Source of the DNA: Chloroflexota bacterium
Lineage (GTDB): Bacteria; Chloroflexota; Limnocylindria; P2-11E
DNA: 36,805 nucleotides
NCBI GenBank assembly: GCA_031394155.1
Contig: JANMWW010000093.1
Location: 1 to 36,805, forward strand
Direction of reading: 5' to 3'
Shown: positions 34,485 to 36,805 of the stretch, in pieces
Numbering within the stretch: position 1 is the first letter of the stretch
How the letters are laid out: each line of letters opens with the position of its first letter
Translations under genes and position numbers: made by a program
Notes under the pieces: generated by a model
What the model was told of the DNA's origin: nothing
Databases searched by the model: none
Seen by the model: only the letters and a program-made list of their open reading frames with translations

Positions 34485-36805
34485 CTAGGAGCGGACCGTC
34501 AGAGAGCTGGGACAGATCTGGTGGTAAGCGCATTCGGCGCAGGTCTTCACGCCCTTCGCTGGTGCCGGAGCGAAGGCGCGCGAGCGAATCTTCCCCGCGG
34601 TGCTCGTGATGAGCGTGGTCACCAGGCTCATGTCGGCGTCGCTCGGTTGGATCGTCCCGAGACCGCCGGTCTCGAGGAAGTGCAGCGTGGCTTTCGCCGG
34701 TCGTGTCCCGTACATACGCTGGTGCGCGAGCGCGTACAGGCGGAGCTGAAGATCCTGATTGGCGACGACCTGGGGGCGGTCGCTCCCCTCTTCGATCGCC
34801 GTCGACTTGTAGTCGATGACCTCAGCGCCGTCGGGTCCCTGGTCCACGCGATCCCAGCGTCCGACCACGCGGTCGCGGCCGAGCATGAACGAGAAGCGCT
34901 GCTCGACCAGATCCGGCAAGGGCCCGTCTTGCTCGGTCTGGTGGAACTTTCGGAGCGCCTCGAGGCCAGCCTGGAACCGCTCGGTCTCGTGCTCCGGGCT
35001 GATGAAGCCTTCAGCCAGCCACGCCGCGCGAAAGGTCGCCTGAAGATCGGCGAGGGTCGGGGCATCCCCCTCCCGCTTGCGGCGGAGGTAGTCGCGCACC
35101 GCCTCGTGCAGCGCGAGCCCGTAGATCATCGCTGGGCTCGGGAGCACCGGGATGCGGAGCACGTGCTTGAAGCGATAGAGGAGCGGGCAGCGGCGATAGT
35201 CGTCGATATCGCTGTACGAGACCGTGAGCACGTCGTCCGGGCCGAGCGCCGGCAGCGGCGAGTCTGCCTCCGGTGGCGCCACCTGGAACTTCGCGAGCTC
35301 CTCGTACGCCGCGAGGCGCGCGCTGAGACGCTCGATCGGGCGGCTGAGCGCCTCGCCGATGAAGCGGCTCGGTCGGAAAGCGCGCGTTCCGCCGTAGTCC
35401 ACCGCATTGGTGAAATAGAAGGAGTCCTGAGCCCGCGTGATCGCAACGTAGGCCAGCCGCCGCTCTTCGCCGATATGCGTCTCTCGCGAGAGCGGGGGCG
35501 ACTTCGCCAGCGCTTCGGGTAAGGGCAGCTCGTCGCCGCGGCTCGACCCCGGCATGCGCTCGTCGGTCGCGTGCACGAGGAAGACAACGCCGAACTCCAG
35601 GCCTTTGGCCTTGTGGATCGAGAGGATGTTCACGCGCTCGGCCGAGGTCTCGAAGTCGGCCGCGACTGGGTCGTCCCCAGCCTCACGCAAGAGCTCGAGA
35701 TACGGGACGAAGAACGAGGCGCGATCTGTCGGCAGCGTCCGCGCAGCTGAGTGAACGAGCCGGAAGAACTTGGCGACGTTCTGACCCTGCTCCTCGGCGA
35801 GGGCCGACTCTGGCTCGAGGTATTGAGCGAGGAGCCTGGACCGCTCAAGGAATTCGTACAGCAGCTCCGCGGTCGTGAGCTCCGTGGCGCGACCGGCGTA
35901 GTAAGCCAGGTCCTCGACCAGGCGCTTCGCGGATGCGACCGCTGCGTCCGGAAAGCCGCCGTCCGAGACCGCGATCTCCTCGAACACGTCACGCAGCGAC
36001 TTCTGCCGCCGGCCGCTCGCCTCCGTCGCGCGCGCAAGCTCGACCGCGGGGAACGCGTAGAGCGCGGAGACCGCGAGGTGGTAGACGTGCCGCGAGTCGG
36101 ACGGCAGTGCGACCGCCGAGAGAAAGGAGATCAGCAGGCGGATCTCCGGCCGCTCGTAGAGCTGTCCACCGCCGGAGAAGTGCGCCGGTATTTGACGGCG
36201 GGCCAGTGCGTTCAAGAAGGGCGTCGCGTCGTTGTTGTTCCGCACGAGGATCGCGAACTCACCGTACCGGCGCTGGTGGCGAAGGGCTTCGCGCGCGATG
36301 AGGTTCGCGACCTCTTCAGCCTCGTCGGCGCCACTCACGTACTGAAGGTGGTCGGCTTCGGTGTCCTCGCCCGGTGCGCGCCCGCGGAGGTGCTTGTCCA
36401 CGCCGAGGCTCGCCTCGAGGCGATCGGGGTTCTTCGTGATGAGTGAATACGCGGCGTCGAGGATCCCCTGCGACGAGCGGCGGTTCTCGACGAGCGTCAC
36501 GACCGCCGCGTCGGGATACGCCGATCGGAACGCGTCGAAGTTGCCGAGCGTGGCACCGCGCCAGGCGAAGATCGATTGGTCGTCATCGCCGACCACGGTG
36601 ATGTTGCGATGCGGCTCGACCAGGCTGTGGAGCAGGGTGAACTGCGCGGCGTTGGTGTCCTGGAACTCATCGACCAGGACGTAGCGGTACCGGTTCTGAA
36701 GACGGCGCGCGGCGCCGGGATGCTCGCGCAGGAGTCGGAGGGAGAGGGCGATCTGATCGCCGAAGTCGATCACGCCCTTCTCTTCCTTCAAACGGTTGTA
36801 CGCGG
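34485..36805 (-). CDS. UvrD/PcrA-family helicase fused to a C-terminal PD-(D/E)xK (Cas4/AddB-like, Cys-cluster) nuclease domain; 5' end off the window
   Basis: [47 protein letters not shown] and LAYVAITRA are helicase motifs. The C-terminal RRCPLLYRF...GRWDRVD...VIDYKS...[10 protein letters not shown] gives C-x(n)-CxxCx5C. The frame is open up to the window edge (..[10 protein letters not shown]). Confidence 0.9.
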   Translation of the reverse strand, partial: AYNRLKEEKGVIDFGDQIALSLRLLREHPGAARRLQNRYRYVLVDEFQDTNAAQFTLLHSLVEPHRNITVVGDDDQSIFAWRGATLGNFDAFRSAYPDAAVVTLVENRRSSQGILDAAYSLITKNPDRLEASLGVDKHLRGRAPGEDTEADHLQYVSGADEAEEVANLIAREALRHQRRYGEFAILVRNNNDATPFLNALARRQIPAHFSGGGQLYERPEIRLLISFLSAVALPSDSRHVYHLAVSALYAFPAVELARATEASGRRQKSLRDVFEEIAVSDGGFPDAAVASAKRLVEDLAYYAGRATELTTAELLYEFLERSRLLAQYLEPESALAEEQGQNVAKFFRLVHSAARTLPTDRASFFVPYLELLREAGDDPVAADFETSAERVNILSIHKAKGLEFGVVFLVHATDERMPGSSRGDELPLPEALAKSPPLSRETHIGEERRLAYVAITRAQDSFYFTNAVDYGGTRAFRPSRFIGEALSRPIERLSARLAAYEELAKFQVAPPEADSPLPALGPDDVLTVSYSDIDDYRRCPLLYRFKHVLRIPVLPSPAMIYGLALHEAVRDYLRRKREGDAPTLADLQATFRAAWLAEGFISPEHETERFQAGLEALRKFHQTEQDGPLPDLVEQRFSFMLGRDRVVGRWDRVDQGPDGAEVIDYKSTAIEEGSDRPQVVANQDLQLRLYALAHQRMYGTRPAKATLHFLETGGLGTIQPSDADMSLVTTLITSTAGKIRSRAFAPAPAKGVKTCAECAYHQICPSSLTVRS

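Overview
High-GC bacterial chromosomal window (roughly two-thirds G+C by eye, not computed). It is almost fully coding, and most genes lie on the minus strand in arrays whose stop and start codons overlap by 1 or 4 nt (TGATG, ATGA, GTGA). Many long ORFs in the supplied track are off-frame shadows or 5' over-extensions, so I re-set starts from homology and from these junctions.

Content from left to right:
1. A partial minus-strand gene that is absent from the ORF track, encoding a membrane-anchored protein with a possible C39-like peptidase domain. It is divergent from aroA, which is followed by a coupled small zinc-ribbon ORF.
2. A Trp-specific T-box leader in front of a fused aromatic supraoperon, trpE-trpG-trpD-trpC-trpB-trpA-aroH-DAHP synthase-(tyrA). 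There is no trpF.
3. A small HExxH protein, a DUF1992 protein, a DUF4395/thioredoxin-like fusion and thpR.
4. An FtsL-like gene, initiator tRNA-fMet with a terminator, two tandem promoter+HNH endonuclease cassettes, an elongator-type tRNA-CAU, tilS and ftsH.
5. A beta-lactamase-like gene and an orphan amino-acid-binding lipoprotein.
6. A 12-gene co-directional array: rmuC, small membrane protein, M20 hydrolase, SAM methyltransferase, D-aminoacylase, DUF1611, enolase-superfamily epimerase, DUF1461 membrane protein, REC-MinD/ParA ATPase, murI, a YchF-like protein with degenerate NTPase motifs, and a PfkB kinase.
7. An MFS transporter, a secreted C-terminally anchored protein, and a partial UvrD-like helicase with a Cas4/AddB-type nuclease domain.

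I saw no CRISPR array, rRNA, transposase or integrase.

The most unusual signals are:
- the HNH cassettes wedged between two CAU tRNAs, one of them with no in-frame stop so that it reads into the tRNA and tilS;
- the tRNA-CAU ending 1 nt upstream of the tilS start;
- ftsH, which appears to need a CTG start;
- the YchF paralog with Walker A Lys replaced by Met;
- an operon for N-acyl-D-amino-acid / D-Glu metabolism that also contains murI.

All product calls come from motif recognition by eye and no searches were run.
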